Of a DNA stretch of 64,000 nucleotides, positions 33,643 through 44,191 are shown in pieces; position 1 is the first letter of the stretch, and every line of letters begins with the position of its first letter. This DNA is from Candidatus Latescibacterota bacterium (GTDB lineage Bacteria; Latescibacterota; UBA2968; GCA-2709665). The stretch is from NCBI GenBank assembly GCA_965248435.1, contig OZ252100.1, forward strand, positions 576,001 through 640,000. Direction: 5' to 3'. The notes under the pieces were generated by a model. The model saw nothing but the letters and a program-made list of their open reading frames with translations, did no database searches and was not told the origin of the DNA. The translations under genes were made by a program, and so were the position numbers.

Positions 33643-34065
33643 ATGCTCAAACGACAACCCAAGATCAGCCGTGAGGCGATGTTCGAATCCAAGCCCACGC
33701 GAAACGATCTTCTGGAATGGGAAAAGACAGACGACGACGAGGTAACCATCACGATGACGCGGGGAGACAACTGGAAGGTTCGGGTCCTGAGCAAGGTCTT
33801 CTGGATTCCGAAGCAAAAAACCCTCGTGCTGGACCAGATCGGAACGCAGGTTTGGGAAATGTGTGACGGCCGCACGACCGTGGAAGCGATGATACGCCGT
33901 CTGAGCGAAAGCCACAAACTTAACGAGAAAGAGGCCGAGATCTCGCTGTTGGCCTATCTGAAAAGGTTGGCGCAGAAGCGTCTGGTGGGATTCCTCGTGG
34001 ACAAGGAGGACCTTGCACGAAGGAAGAAGCCTCGACGGGATCCGAGCGGGAAGGCCTGGGGATAG
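33643..34065 (+). CDS. PqqD-family (RiPP recognition element-like) protein
   Basis: LDQIGTQVWEMCDGRTTVEAMI...YLKRLAQKRLV winged-helix pattern. Confidence 0.8.
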   Translation: MLKRQPKISREAMFESKPTRNDLLEWEKTDDDEVTITMTRGDNWKVRVLSKVFWIPKQKTLVLDQIGTQVWEMCDGRTTVEAMIRRLSESHKLNEKEAEISLLAYLKRLAQKRLVGFLVDKEDLARRKKPRRDPSGKAWG

Positions 34066-34084
34066 GTGGCTTTTAGCGAATGCT

Positions 34085-34132
34085 AAAAGAGAGAAGGCCC
34101 CGTGGACTGATGTCCGCGGGGCCTTCTTTTTT
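34085..34132. terminator. Bidirectional rho-independent terminator
   Basis: AGAAGGCCCCGTGGAC-TGAT-GTCCGCGGGGCCTTCT followed by a T run, between the convergent pqqD-like and nuoN genes. Confidence 0.9.
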
Positions 34133-34145
34133 AAAAGGCATTCAG

Positions 34146-35675
34146 TTATTCGATCTGGGCCTGAACGGCCCCGGCGTTCGCTTGAAACAGGGTTGTTGAA
34201 CGGGCGGTCAGGTCTGCGAGCGGGGCCCAATAGACACCCAGCAGGATCGTGCCCGCGAACAGAAAGGCCAAGGTCACGGTAGCGAAGCGAGGAATCACAA
34301 CAGGGTCCTCCACAACAGGCCGCTCCAGGTACATCGCCCGGATGATCCTGGCATAGTAATACAGCGAAACCGCGCTGTTCAGAACGCCAACGACGGCCAG
34401 CCAGTAGAGTCCTCCATCGATCACGGACGCAAAGAGATAGACCTTCCCGATGAACCCTGCTGTCGGGGGCAAGCCCGTCAACGAGAAGAGAAAAGCCGTC
34501 ATGGCAAGCGCGATCCAGGGAGAACGCCATCCCAACCCGTTGTAGTCCTCGATATCTTCGCTCTCGATCTTCACGGCCAGTACCAGCACGACCAGAAAGG
34601 CCCCGAGATTCATGAAGAGATAGGCGGCCGTATAGAACATCACGGCCTGGAGCCCGGATGCGGACAGCATCACGATCCCCATCATCATGTAGCCCGCGTG
34701 CGCGATGCTCGAATAGGCCAGAAGCCGCTTGAGGTTGCGTTGCCAGATCGCCGTCAGGTTGCCCAGCGTCATCGTACAGGCAGAGATGACGGCCAGCAGT
34801 TGGGGCCAATCTATACCGATCGCACTTCCGGATGTTCCATCATACTCGGATAGCCCCAGGTAGAAGAACCTGGCCAGCAGCGCAAAGCCTGCGGCTTTCG
34901 GCGCAACGGAAAGGAACGCAGTGACCGGGGTGGGCGCCCCTTCATAGACATCCGGACACCAGAAGTGAAACGGCACGGACGCCACCTTGTAGCCGAATCC
35001 CGCCATCGCCAGCGCCGCGCCGAGAAAGAGGGCAAGGCTGTGCGGGGCAGACGCACCGAGCGACGCAGCAATCTCATAAATATCCAATGTACCCGTCAGG
35101 CCATAGATCAGAGAAAACCCGAACAGCATAATCCCGGAGGAGACTCCCCCATAGATGACGTACTTGAGGGCTGCTTCGTTCGAGCGCTGCACCCGCTTTT
35201 GGTAGCCGACAAGGATAAAGGACGACAGGCTGACAAGCTCCAATGCAAGGTACATCATCAACAGGTTCGTCGCCGACGCCATGAAGAAGCCGCCCAGGAC
35301 GACCGAAAGGAAGATCGCATAAAACTCCCCGATGCGGGCCTCCTCGATGTCGGGCGACTGCAGGCCGAACAGGACGACGAGTATCGTCGTCACAACGAAC
35401 AGAATCTTGAAAAAGAGGGCAAATCCGTCCAGCGCGGCCATGCCCAGGAACAAGGACCGCGGCGCCTCATCGTAAAGGTCGGCGACGGCAATCAGGCAAA
35501 CGACGAGCGATGCGAGCGTCATCGCCGTCATCAGCCCCTTCTTTCCCCCGCCAACGATCAGGTCAACCACAATGATGATCATGATCGAGGCCGTCAGAAC
35601 CACCTCGGGCCAGATATATCCCAAGCTGCTCAGGTTGACGGCAACGGCGTTTTCTATCGTTTTGTCCAGCAACAC
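34146..35675 (-). CDS. nuoN: NADH-quinone oxidoreductase subunit N
   Basis: EAALKY, FGYKVASVPFHFWCPDVYEGAP and KRLLAYSSIAHAGY motifs. Confidence 0.95.
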   Translation of the reverse strand: MLLDKTIENAVAVNLSSLGYIWPEVVLTASIMIIIVVDLIVGGGKKGLMTAMTLASLVVCLIAVADLYDEAPRSLFLGMAALDGFALFFKILFVVTTILVVLFGLQSPDIEEARIGEFYAIFLSVVLGGFFMASATNLLMMYLALELVSLSSFILVGYQKRVQRSNEAALKYVIYGGVSSGIMLFGFSLIYGLTGTLDIYEIAASLGASAPHSLALFLGAALAMAGFGYKVASVPFHFWCPDVYEGAPTPVTAFLSVAPKAAGFALLARFFYLGLSEYDGTSGSAIGIDWPQLLAVISACTMTLGNLTAIWQRNLKRLLAYSSIAHAGYMMMGIVMLSASGLQAVMFYTAAYLFMNLGAFLVVLVLAVKIESEDIEDYNGLGWRSPWIALAMTAFLFSLTGLPPTAGFIGKVYLFASVIDGGLYWLAVVGVLNSAVSLYYYARIIRAMYLERPVVEDPVVIPRFATVTLAFLFAGTILLGVYWAPLADLTARSTTLFQANAGAVQAQIE

Positions 35676-35691
35676 CGACCCTCCCAAGACC

Positions 35692-37272
35692 CTAGAATCC
35701 CGCGAGTGCGGCCGGGGCGCCCAGAACCCGGACGAGTTCACCCAGCGAGGCCCCAATCAGGTTCAGCACCGGCATCGGATAGAACCCGAGTAGCACCACG
35801 ATCGCGCCCAGCGGGGCCAGCGTGAAGATCTCACGGCTGTTGATTTCGGGCAGGTCACGACATCGTTCGTTAAGCGGCCCCATAAACAGTCGTTGAAAGG
35901 CCCAGAGCATGTAGGCGGCCCCAAGCAGCACGCCCAGAGTTCCGAGAATCGTGAGCGTCCTGTGGACCGGAAACGCCCCCAGGAAGCAAAGGGCTTCGCT
36001 GATGAATCCGGACAGCCCCGGTAGGCCGAGCGCCGCAAAATAGGCGAGCATCGTGATGCTTCCATAGACCGGCATTTGCGACCAGAGGCCACCGAAGCCC
36101 AGCTTACCCTGGAGCTCCGGGTCTTCATAATCCCTTGGAAATACGATGTAGCGGTGGTGTGCACGGTCATAAATCACACCCACAAGCAGGAAGAGCATCG
36201 CAGTGATCGTCCCGTGGTTAAACATCTGGAACACCGCGCCATTGATCCCGTGAGGTGTGAACGACGACATGCCCAGCATCACAAACCCCATGTGGCTGAT
36301 GCTGGAATAGGCCACCAGTCTCTTCAGATCGGTCTGTGCCATGGCGACCAGCGCCCCGTAGACGATGTTGATCACACCGAACACGGCGATCATCGTGCTC
36401 ACCCACTGTTCTGTCGTCGTCTCCGGAAGCATCGGGTAGTTGAACCTGAGTATCCCGTAGGTCCCCATCTTCAGCAGCACGCCGGCCAGGATGACGCTGA
36501 CGGGCGTAGGAGCCTCCACGTGTGCATCGGGTAGCCAGGTGTGAAACGGGAACATGGGAATCTTGATCGCGAACGCGATGAACATCGCCATCCAGACCAT
36601 CACTGGCGCGGACTGCCCGAAGACGATCCCGGCGCGGAGCCACTCAGAATGATTCGCCTGCTCCATCATCACGAGCATGTTGAAGGTGTGCTCGCCCGTG
36701 GTCGGATCGGTCACGTTGAAGTAGAAGGCCAGCATCGCCAGAAGGAGGAGGACACTCCCGAACAGCGTGTAGAGGAAGAATTTGATCGCCGCGTATTCCT
36801 TCCGGGGTCCGCCCCATATCCCGATCAGGAAGTACATGGGAAGCAGCATGATCTCCCAGAAGACGTAAAAGAGGAAGAAATCAAGGGAGACAAACACACC
36901 CTGCATTCCGGTTTCCAAGAGCAGGAAGAGGGCAAAGTAGCCCTTCACTCCCCTTTCAACGCCCCACGAGGCCGACATGCACAGAAAGGACAGCAGCGCC
37001 GTCAGCAGGACCATGGTCACGCTCAACCCGTCGATCCCCACGTGATAGTCGATGTTGAATGAAGGGATCCACGGGATCTGCACCCTGTACTGCATGCCTG
37101 ACTCAGCTCGATCGAACGACATAAACAGCCAGATCGCCAGTAGCACACAAACCGCCGTTGTGACCACAGAGATCCAGCGGATCAGGTTCGCCTTCTGACC
37201 CGGCATAAGAAGAATGACAGTTGCGCCAAGCAGAGGCACAAACGTCAAGAGCGTTAAAATCCACTGGTCCAT
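35692..37272 (-). CDS. nuoM: NADH-quinone oxidoreductase subunit M
   Basis: FYVFWEIMLLPMYFLI and HTWLPDAHVEAPT motifs. Confidence 0.95.
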   Translation of the reverse strand: MDQWILTLLTFVPLLGATVILLMPGQKANLIRWISVVTTAVCVLLAIWLFMSFDRAESGMQYRVQIPWIPSFNIDYHVGIDGLSVTMVLLTALLSFLCMSASWGVERGVKGYFALFLLLETGMQGVFVSLDFFLFYVFWEIMLLPMYFLIGIWGGPRKEYAAIKFFLYTLFGSVLLLLAMLAFYFNVTDPTTGEHTFNMLVMMEQANHSEWLRAGIVFGQSAPVMVWMAMFIAFAIKIPMFPFHTWLPDAHVEAPTPVSVILAGVLLKMGTYGILRFNYPMLPETTTEQWVSTMIAVFGVINIVYGALVAMAQTDLKRLVAYSSISHMGFVMLGMSSFTPHGINGAVFQMFNHGTITAMLFLLVGVIYDRAHHRYIVFPRDYEDPELQGKLGFGGLWSQMPVYGSITMLAYFAALGLPGLSGFISEALCFLGAFPVHRTLTILGTLGVLLGAAYMLWAFQRLFMGPLNERCRDLPEINSREIFTLAPLGAIVVLLGFYPMPVLNLIGASLGELVRVLGAPAALAGF

Positions 37273-37324
37273 CCGCAACGTCCTCCTTCAGGATTTAGCC
37301 GAATCCACGATCTGAAACGGTTCG

Positions 37325-39397
37325 TCAGATGATCCGAATGGCCATAATCACCAGGATCCCGGCCAACACGAGCAACACGTAAGTCTGAAGCCGACCCGTC
37401 TGAATCCGCCGCAGTCTAGCCCCTGCCCAGGTAATGATATCGCCAACCAGATTCACGGCCCCGTCCACCACCAGGCTGTCGAACAGCCCCTCCAAGACCG
37501 AGACCGCTCTCGTGATGTAGGCCACACCGTTCACGAGTCCGTCGACCACCCAGGTGTCGAACCAATCGAGCGCCACCCGGAGGGCCAGCGTCGCTCTGAT
37601 GACCGTCGCGTCGTAGATCTCATCGAAATACCACTTGTTGTGAAGCGCTCGGAACAGCCTGTTGCGGCCGATTTCGGCCTCCTCCCAGGCCATCATTTCG
37701 GCCTGTCGGCCGTAGTATCGTCGGTAGGCCAGGTAGATTCCCCCTCCTGCGATCAGGATTGACAGAGCCATCGCGGGGTAATGGGCCCGATGTGCTGAAT
37801 CGGTGTGCGTCTCCCCGTGAGCCGTTCCAGCAACCGTCTGGATTTGCTCAACCGAATCGGATTCCCCCATCATCGCGATACTCTGAGGTTCCTGAATGAG
37901 CGTGTGGAACCAACCCTCGCCAATTGGATTGGGGCTATACCAGAACCAGAGGCTCAGGGTCGCAAGCACGATCAGGGGAACGGTCATCACCCGCGGAGAC
38001 TCGTGGGCGAACTCAACCACCTTTCGATCCTTGGGCGACCCATAGAAGGTCATAAAGATCAGTCGGAACATGTAGAAGGCTGTCAGACCCGCTGCAGCGA
38101 ACCCGGAAAGCGGGATCAGAATGTGTCTGGGGTGGTCGAAAAAACCGAACCCAAGGGCCCCCGCCAGAATCGCGTCTTTACTCAGAAACCCGGACGTGAA
38201 CGGGACGCCTGCCAGGGCGACCGTCGCAATCGCAAAGGTCCAGAATGTAATCGGCATCTTGTCCTTCAGGCCCCCCATGTTCCGCATGTCCTGTGGATCT
38301 TCCTTAGACCCGGTGTGGCGGAAGACATGATGCATCGCGTGGATCACGCTCCCCGAACCGAGGAATAGGCAAGCCTTGAATGCGGCGTGCGTCATCAAAT
38401 GGAAGAATCCGGCCGCGTAGGCCCCCACGCCCAACCCCATGATCATGTATCCAAGCTGGCTCACCGTCGAGTAGGCCAGCACGCGCTTGATGTCATACTG
38501 TGCGACTGCAATCGTCGCGCCCAGCATCGCTGTAATCGCGCCGATGTAGGCGATCACCACGAGCGCATCCGGCGTCAAAATCGGAAACATCCGCGTCACC
38601 ATGTAGACTCCCGCCGCCACCATCGTCGCCGCGTGGATCAAGGCGCTCACCGGCGTCGGGCCCTCCATCGCGTCCGGCAGCCAGACGTGCAGCGGAAACT
38701 GGGCCGATTTCCCGACCGCCCCACAGAACAGGCAGAGCCCGGCAGCGGTCAGAAGCGATCCCCCGAGTTTCCCCTGGGCGATGCCTGAAAAAACGCCGTC
38801 GAAATCGAGAACGCCCAACTTCCAGAACAGGATCAGAATCCCGACGAAAAAGCCCAGGTCGCCGACCCTGTTGACCAGAAAGGCTTTCTTGCAAGCGGCC
38901 GCGGCAGACGGCTTTTCATACCAGAAACCGATAAGCAGATAGGAACTCAGACCGACCAGCTCCCAGAACACGTAAAGCAGGAGAAAGTTGTCACAGAGGA
39001 TAAGTCCCAGCATCGAAAAGGAAAAGAGGGAGAGAAATCCGAAGAACCGAGAGTAGCGCGGATCCCCGTGCATATACCCGACCGAGTAGAAATGCACGAG
39101 TCCGCTCACCAGCGTCACCACCATCAGCATGATGACCGTGATGTTGTCAACGAGCAACCCGACCGCGATCTGGGTCGTACCCAGATCCAGCCAGGTCCAG
39201 CGTCCAAACGAAATCCTGAAATCGGGATGGGCGGCTGAAAGAGCCTGAGTGAAGAACGGCAGAGAAAAGAAAAAAGCGAGAACGATCGCGGAAAGAGATA
39301 CCCAGTCGCCGCCACGCGGAAGCCTGCGCCCAAAGAAGACCTGGATAACGAAGGCGGCAAGAGGAACCGCCGGAATAAGCAAGGCGTATGGAAGCAT
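37325..39397 (-). CDS. nuoL: NADH-quinone oxidoreductase subunit L
   Basis: GKSAQFPLHVWLPDAMEGPTPVSALIHAATMV motif. Confidence 0.95.
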   Translation of the reverse strand: MLPYALLIPAVPLAAFVIQVFFGRRLPRGGDWVSLSAIVLAFFFSLPFFTQALSAAHPDFRISFGRWTWLDLGTTQIAVGLLVDNITVIMLMVVTLVSGLVHFYSVGYMHGDPRYSRFFGFLSLFSFSMLGLILCDNFLLLYVFWELVGLSSYLLIGFWYEKPSAAAACKKAFLVNRVGDLGFFVGILILFWKLGVLDFDGVFSGIAQGKLGGSLLTAAGLCLFCGAVGKSAQFPLHVWLPDAMEGPTPVSALIHAATMVAAGVYMVTRMFPILTPDALVVIAYIGAITAMLGATIAVAQYDIKRVLAYSTVSQLGYMIMGLGVGAYAAGFFHLMTHAAFKACLFLGSGSVIHAMHHVFRHTGSKEDPQDMRNMGGLKDKMPITFWTFAIATVALAGVPFTSGFLSKDAILAGALGFGFFDHPRHILIPLSGFAAAGLTAFYMFRLIFMTFYGSPKDRKVVEFAHESPRVMTVPLIVLATLSLWFWYSPNPIGEGWFHTLIQEPQSIAMMGESDSVEQIQTVAGTAHGETHTDSAHRAHYPAMALSILIAGGGIYLAYRRYYGRQAEMMAWEEAEIGRNRLFRALHNKWYFDEIYDATVIRATLALRVALDWFDTWVVDGLVNGVAYITRAVSVLEGLFDSLVVDGAVNLVGDIITWAGARLRRIQTGRLQTYVLLVLAGILVIMAIRII

Positions 39398-39406
39398 CGC
39401 TCTCCT

Positions 39407-39712
39407 TTAACCGCTCAGCGAATCCAGCCGGTCTACGCTCACCATCTCGTAGTTTCTGTAGATGTTCAACACGATAGCCAGAGCCACTGCGGCCTCGGCC
39501 GCTGCCAGGATAATCACGAATATGGCGAAGATCTGGCCGTCGATCCCCGCATCTGAAAACCGGGAGAATGCGACCAGATTCACGTTCGCGGCGTTCAGAA
39601 TCAACTCTACTCCCATCAGTACAGCGATGGCATTTCGCCGGGTCACGACGGCAAGAATGCCCAGACAGAAGAGGATCGCACCTATGACCAGGAAATGCTC
39701 CAGTCCGATCAT
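39407..39712 (-). CDS. nuoK: NADH-quinone oxidoreductase subunit K
   Basis: LMGVELILNA and AAAEAAVALAI motifs. Confidence 0.95.
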   Translation of the reverse strand: MIGLEHFLVIGAILFCLGILAVVTRRNAIAVLMGVELILNAANVNLVAFSRFSDAGIDGQIFAIFVIILAAAEAAVALAIVLNIYRNYEMVSVDRLDSLSG

Positions 39713-40217
39713 AGTTCCTCGCCTTCTTCGTCCTTGCTTGCCAGCACAGCGGCGCCGATCAGTGCAGCCAGAAGCAGGACAGAAACCACCTCGAAGGGCA
39801 AAAGGTAGTCCGTCATCAGAAGCCTTCCGATCTCGGTCGTCGTGTCAGAGGACGACTTGGCTTCGGTCACCCGCCACGGTGTGTCATAGATAACAGCAAC
39901 CAGCAGGGCGAATCCGGCACCCACAACGATAACGCTCGGAACGAACTGAACGCGCTCGGCCAGGAGCCTGAGGTCATAGATCCGATTGGTCAGCATCACG
40001 CCGAAGAGAAGCAGGATGAGGATTCCGCCGACATAAATCAGCACCTGCGCGGCGGCCAGGAACTCCGCATCCAGAAAAATATAAAGCCCCGCGACACCGA
40101 AAAAGGTGAACAGCAGGGCGAATACCGCATAAACCAGACGACTGGTCAAGACGACTAGGGAGGCGGAGCGACGGTAATTGCGGCAAAGACGTAAAAGACG
40201 TAGGTCGAAAGCTCCAT
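39709..40217 (-). CDS. nuoJ: NADH-quinone oxidoreductase subunit J, one-base deletion at about 40170
   Basis: MELSTYVFYVFAAITV is out of frame with SASLVVLTSRLVYA...QVLIYVGGI...YLLPFE. Confidence 0.9.
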
Positions 40218-40224
40218 AGGCCTA

Positions 40225-40725
40225 TCAGGCAGTCACCTTCGACGGAGTGGCTTCTTTCTGAGGCGTTTTTTCGTAGTCCTCAGGGCGAGCGTACCGATAG
40301 ACCAGGTCTGTGCGGTCATAGACCGAAGATTCGTAGCTTGGCGTCATCACAAGGCACTCGGTCGGACAGGGATAAGTGCACAGACCGCAGTAACAACAGA
40401 GCCCCATGTCGATGTCAAACCTGAGAAGTTTGAGACGCTTTTTCGTTCCCTTTGAAGTCAACCCCAGGTCTTCATCAGGGCCCGCCTTTTCCGTCTCGAT
40501 GTAGATACAGTCTACAGGACAGACCCGCGCACACTGGTCGCACCCGATACAATCATCGATGTCGTTGTAGAGCTGATTGCGCGCCCGTTCGGGCATCTCC
40601 CACTTCTCTTCCGGGTATTGAAGCGTGATGGAGGGCGTAAACAGGTGTTTCAGCGTGACGTTCATCCCAACCCAAATCGAGAAGACGGAATCATAGATGT
40701 TTCGGAAGTATCGACTCATCGACAT
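40225..40725 (-). CDS. nuoI: NADH-quinone oxidoreductase subunit I
   Basis: TLQYPEE; two [4Fe-4S] motifs, CIGCDQCARVCP and CCYCGLCTYPCP. Confidence 0.93.
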   Translation of the reverse strand: MSMSRYFRNIYDSVFSIWVGMNVTLKHLFTPSITLQYPEEKWEMPERARNQLYNDIDDCIGCDQCARVCPVDCIYIETEKAGPDEDLGLTSKGTKKRLKLLRFDIDMGLCCYCGLCTYPCPTECLVMTPSYESSVYDRTDLVYRYARPEDYEKTPQKEATPSKVTA

Positions 40726-40734
40726 CCCCTTTAA

Positions 40735-41910
40735 CTACTGAGCAATTCCTGTCTGCTGATGCCTTCCTTCCAGGAGACCCCGTGCGGCAGAACGCAGCAG
40801 AAGAATCAAGAGTCCGGCCATCAACACGATCAATACCGTGGTACCTGCGAGCTTCAACCACCCCGGAGCCGCAAAGGCCCAGACAACCGAACCCACCATA
40901 CAGAGGAAGGCTGCGGGGGTCAACACCTTCCACCCGATATACATCAATTGATCCACGCGAAGCCGCGGCAGGGTCCAGCGAAGCCACATTTGAACGAAAA
41001 CCAAAAAGATCGCCTTTCCCATCACCCAGAAGAATCCGCCCGGGAACGACCCTCCCCAGGGGGCCTGCCAGCCTCCCAGAAAGAGCGTGGCCGCGACGAT
41101 GCAGACCGCGGTCATGGCTGCGTATTCGGCGATGAAGAAAAACGAAAATCGCATCCCGCTGTACTCCGTGTGATATCCGGCCACGAGCTCAGACTCCGCC
41201 TCCGGGATGTCGAAAGGCGTCCGGTTTACTTCGGCCAGCACCGCGATGAAGGAAAGGAAGAAGGCCAGAAACGTAAACGGATTCCGAAAGACAAACCAGT
41301 GCTGGAATCCGCCGTCCTGTGCCGCGATGATCTCCTGCATGCTCAGAGATCCAACGAGCGGAACGACGCTCAGCAGCGCGAGCGCAACGGGGATCTCGTA
41401 GCTCACGACCTGCGCCGCAGAGCGCATGGCGCCCAAAAGCGCCCATTTGTTGTTCGAGGCCCAGCCTGCCATCAAGATTCCGACCACACCCAGAGAAGAG
41501 ACGGCAAGGATGTAAAAAAGACCGATGTTCAAATCGCTGACGATCAACTCTTCACCGAATGGGAGCGTCACAAAGATGGCAAACGCTCCAGCGAACACGA
41601 TAGCTGGGGCCAGCTTGAACAGGAGACGATCGGCGGCGGTCGGAATGATGTCCTCCTTCAACAACAGCTTGATTCCATCCGCGAGGGTTTGAGACCAGCC
41701 GTGCCATCCCCCGACTCTCATCGGGCCGAGACGGTCCTGCATGTGGGCTGACACCTTTCGCTCCAGCCAGACCAGGACCATTCCCAGGACGGCGACGAGG
41801 GTCAAAATGGTCACTCCCGCCACGAAGCCCAGGGCCAGTGACACCCAGGAGGCCTCCACGCCTTCCAGAATCGGGACCCACTCGATCAGCTTTTTCGCAA
41901 TCTCCTGCAT
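40735..41910 (-). CDS. nuoH: NADH-quinone oxidoreductase subunit H
   Basis: [32 protein letters not shown] and PRLRVDQLM motifs. Confidence 0.95.
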   Translation of the reverse strand: MQEIAKKLIEWVPILEGVEASWVSLALGFVAGVTILTLVAVLGMVLVWLERKVSAHMQDRLGPMRVGGWHGWSQTLADGIKLLLKEDIIPTAADRLLFKLAPAIVFAGAFAIFVTLPFGEELIVSDLNIGLFYILAVSSLGVVGILMAGWASNNKWALLGAMRSAAQVVSYEIPVALALLSVVPLVGSLSMQEIIAAQDGGFQHWFVFRNPFTFLAFFLSFIAVLAEVNRTPFDIPEAESELVAGYHTEYSGMRFSFFFIAEYAAMTAVCIVAATLFLGGWQAPWGGSFPGGFFWVMGKAIFLVFVQMWLRWTLPRLRVDQLMYIGWKVLTPAAFLCMVGSVVWAFAAPGWLKLAGTTVLIVLMAGLLILLLRSAARGLLEGRHQQTGIAQ

Positions 41911-41925
41911 TCCAGTTCGCCCACC

Positions 41926-43128
41926 TTAGCGATCGATCTCACCCAGGACGATATCCAGACTCCCGATGATGGCCACGATGTCTGCAATCATGTGACCCCG
42001 GCTAATCTCGTTAAAGACGCTCATGGCCGTAAAACAGGGGGACTTCACCCGAACCCTGTATGGCACATTCGATCCGTCACTGATCAGATACACGCCGAGT
42101 TCGCCTCTCGGGTTCTCGGTTCTGAAATAACATTCGGCGTCCTTTGGGGGCCGCACGTTCTTGGGCACTGCCTGGAGTACGTCACCCTCGGGGAGTTGAT
42201 CCAGTGCGTCGCTCACGATCCTGGCGCTTTCCGTCATCTCTCGGATCCGAACCATGTATCGATCCCAACAGTCTCCTACCGTACCCATCTCCCCCTTCCC
42301 GATTGGGACTTCGAACTCAAACCGATCATATATCGAATAGGGGTCATCCCGCCGAAGGTCCCAATCGACTCCCGACCCGCGTAGGTTCGGACCGGTAATA
42401 TTGTAGCTGTATGCCTTATCCACCGGGAGCACACCCACGTTGGCCGTTCGTTCGACGAAAATCTTGTTGTAAGAAAGCAGGTCATTGTACTCCTGGATCT
42501 TCGAGTCGAATTTTCTCAGGAAGGCACGCGTACGCTCGATGAACCCCGGTGGCAGGTCGTGGGATACGCCGCCGACCCAAATATAATTGTATAGCATTCG
42601 GGCACCGCAGGTCATCTCGAACAGGTCAAAAATCTCTTCCCGCTCCCTGAACGCGAACAGAAACGGCGTGAACGCCCCGATGTCCATGCCGTAAGTGCCG
42701 AAAGAGACCAGATGACTGGCAATCCGATTCAGTTCGGCCATAATGACCCGAATGTACTCTACCCGCTCCGGTATCTTGAGGTCGAGTAGCTTTTCTACCG
42801 CAACCACATACCCCAGGTTGTTGTTCATCGAAGCGAGGTAATCCATCCGGTCCGTGAACGGAATCACCTGCTGATAGGGCAGATTCTCCGCGTGTTTCTC
42901 GAAACAGCGATGCAGGTATCCAATGTGCGGCCGCACCTCTTCTACGATCTCGCCATCCGTTTTGAGTTCCAGGCGCAGAACGCCGTGTGTGCTCGGATGC
43001 TGAGGCCCCATGTTGATCGTCATCATATCGCTCTTGAGTGAATCGTCCTCAAGCTCCACAACAGGAGGGAGCCCGGGGTGCTCGACTGTGATTTCGGCCC
43101 CTGGTAGACCTGGTTTGACTTCTGCCAT
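41926..43128 (-). CDS. nuoD: NADH-quinone oxidoreductase subunit D
   Basis: NMGPQHPSTHGVLR, GYLHR and C-terminal DIVLGEIDR; no NiFe-binding CxxC pairs. Confidence 0.95.
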   Translation of the reverse strand: MAEVKPGLPGAEITVEHPGLPPVVELEDDSLKSDMMTINMGPQHPSTHGVLRLELKTDGEIVEEVRPHIGYLHRCFEKHAENLPYQQVIPFTDRMDYLASMNNNLGYVVAVEKLLDLKIPERVEYIRVIMAELNRIASHLVSFGTYGMDIGAFTPFLFAFREREEIFDLFEMTCGARMLYNYIWVGGVSHDLPPGFIERTRAFLRKFDSKIQEYNDLLSYNKIFVERTANVGVLPVDKAYSYNITGPNLRGSGVDWDLRRDDPYSIYDRFEFEVPIGKGEMGTVGDCWDRYMVRIREMTESARIVSDALDQLPEGDVLQAVPKNVRPPKDAECYFRTENPRGELGVYLISDGSNVPYRVRVKSPCFTAMSVFNEISRGHMIADIVAIIGSLDIVLGEIDR

Positions 43129-43129
43129 C

Positions 43130-43600
43130 CTACACCTCAACCTTGATGCCGCGGTAAAACTCCTGGACTTCGTAGTCCTTGCGCAATGGAAAGCCTTCCC
43201 AATCTTCTGGACACAGAATACGGCGGAGATCGCTGTGCCCATCGAACACGATTCCGTACATATCGTAGGTCTCTCGTTCGTGCCAGTTGGCCACGCGCCA
43301 GATGTGCTCCACTGTGGGCACGTGAGGATCCTCACGTCCAACATCGGCCTTCAGGACGATCTTGTGTCGATGAGCTGTCGAGAACAGGTGATAAACCACA
43401 GTAAGGTGATCCGGGAAATCGACTCCGCTCAGACACATCAGAGATTCAAACTTCAGGTCATCGGCGTCACTCATAAGCCGGGCGATGGCCGCGATGGCCT
43501 CCGCCTTCACGTGAATGGAGGGATCCAGACCGTCCACCAGGTCACCAACCTGGTCTCCGAACTCTCCCTTTAGCCGGTCCAGAATCTCTTGTGGCTCCAT
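43130..43600 (-). CDS. nuoC: NADH-quinone oxidoreductase subunit C
   Basis: ANWHERETYDMYGIVF and GFPLRKDY motifs. Confidence 0.95.
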   Translation of the reverse strand: MEPQEILDRLKGEFGDQVGDLVDGLDPSIHVKAEAIAAIARLMSDADDLKFESLMCLSGVDFPDHLTVVYHLFSTAHRHKIVLKADVGREDPHVPTVEHIWRVANWHERETYDMYGIVFDGHSDLRRILCPEDWEGFPLRKDYEVQEFYRGIKVEV

Positions 43601-43604
43601 ACCC

Positions 43605-44090
43605 TTACCCAACCTTCGCGATCGACTGGTGGCGGATCTTCTCCTGGAGTTTCAGGACCCCTTCCAGGAGCGACTCGGGACGCGGAGGACAACCTGGAAC
43701 GTAGACATCCACGGGGATGACCCGGTCCACACCTTTTAGCACGTGATATCCGTGCTGCCAGTAGGGCCCTCCAGAAGTGGCACAGCACCCCATAGAGATC
43801 ACATACCGGGGCTCGGCCATCTGGTCGAAGAGTTTCTTCACGCGCGTGGCCATCTTGAGCGTGACCGTACCGGCCACGATCATCAAATCTGACTGCCGGG
43901 GTGTTGCCCTTGGAATAAGCCCAAAGCGGTCCCAATCGTAGCGGGAAGCCCCCGTCGCCATCATCTCGATCGCGCAGCAGGCAAGCCCGAACGTCATCGG
44001 CCACAGGGAAGAAAGCCTGGCCCAGTTGATGAAGTAATCCAGCGACGTTACGATTACGTTGTCGTTAAAACGGCCTTCAACGACGCCCAA
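43605..44090 (-). CDS. nuoB: NADH-quinone oxidoreductase subunit B
   Basis: [17 protein letters not shown] and VPGCPPRPE motifs. Confidence 0.95.
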   Translation of the reverse strand: MGVVEGRFNDNVIVTSLDYFINWARLSSLWPMTFGLACCAIEMMATGASRYDWDRFGLIPRATPRQSDLMIVAGTVTLKMATRVKKLFDQMAEPRYVISMGCCATSGGPYWQHGYHVLKGVDRVIPVDVYVPGCPPRPESLLEGVLKLQEKIRHQSIAKVG

Positions 44091-44191
44091 AGATAGTCAC
44101 CTCCTGAGGATTAAGGAACCTAAGGTTATTGCCGGAGTAATGGGGGGATTCAGGATCGTGGTGCCGATACCGCTGATGAGGGCTGGGCCAA

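Noticed and set aside
33259-34809. 516-aa minus-strand ORF
   Set aside because: An alternate frame of nuoN that crosses a terminator and runs antisense to two real genes; no recognisable motifs.
41926-44090. Group 4 NiFe hydrogenase interpretation of nuoBCD
   Set aside because: The large subunit lacks both CxxC Ni-binding motifs and ends in the complex I signature GEIDR.
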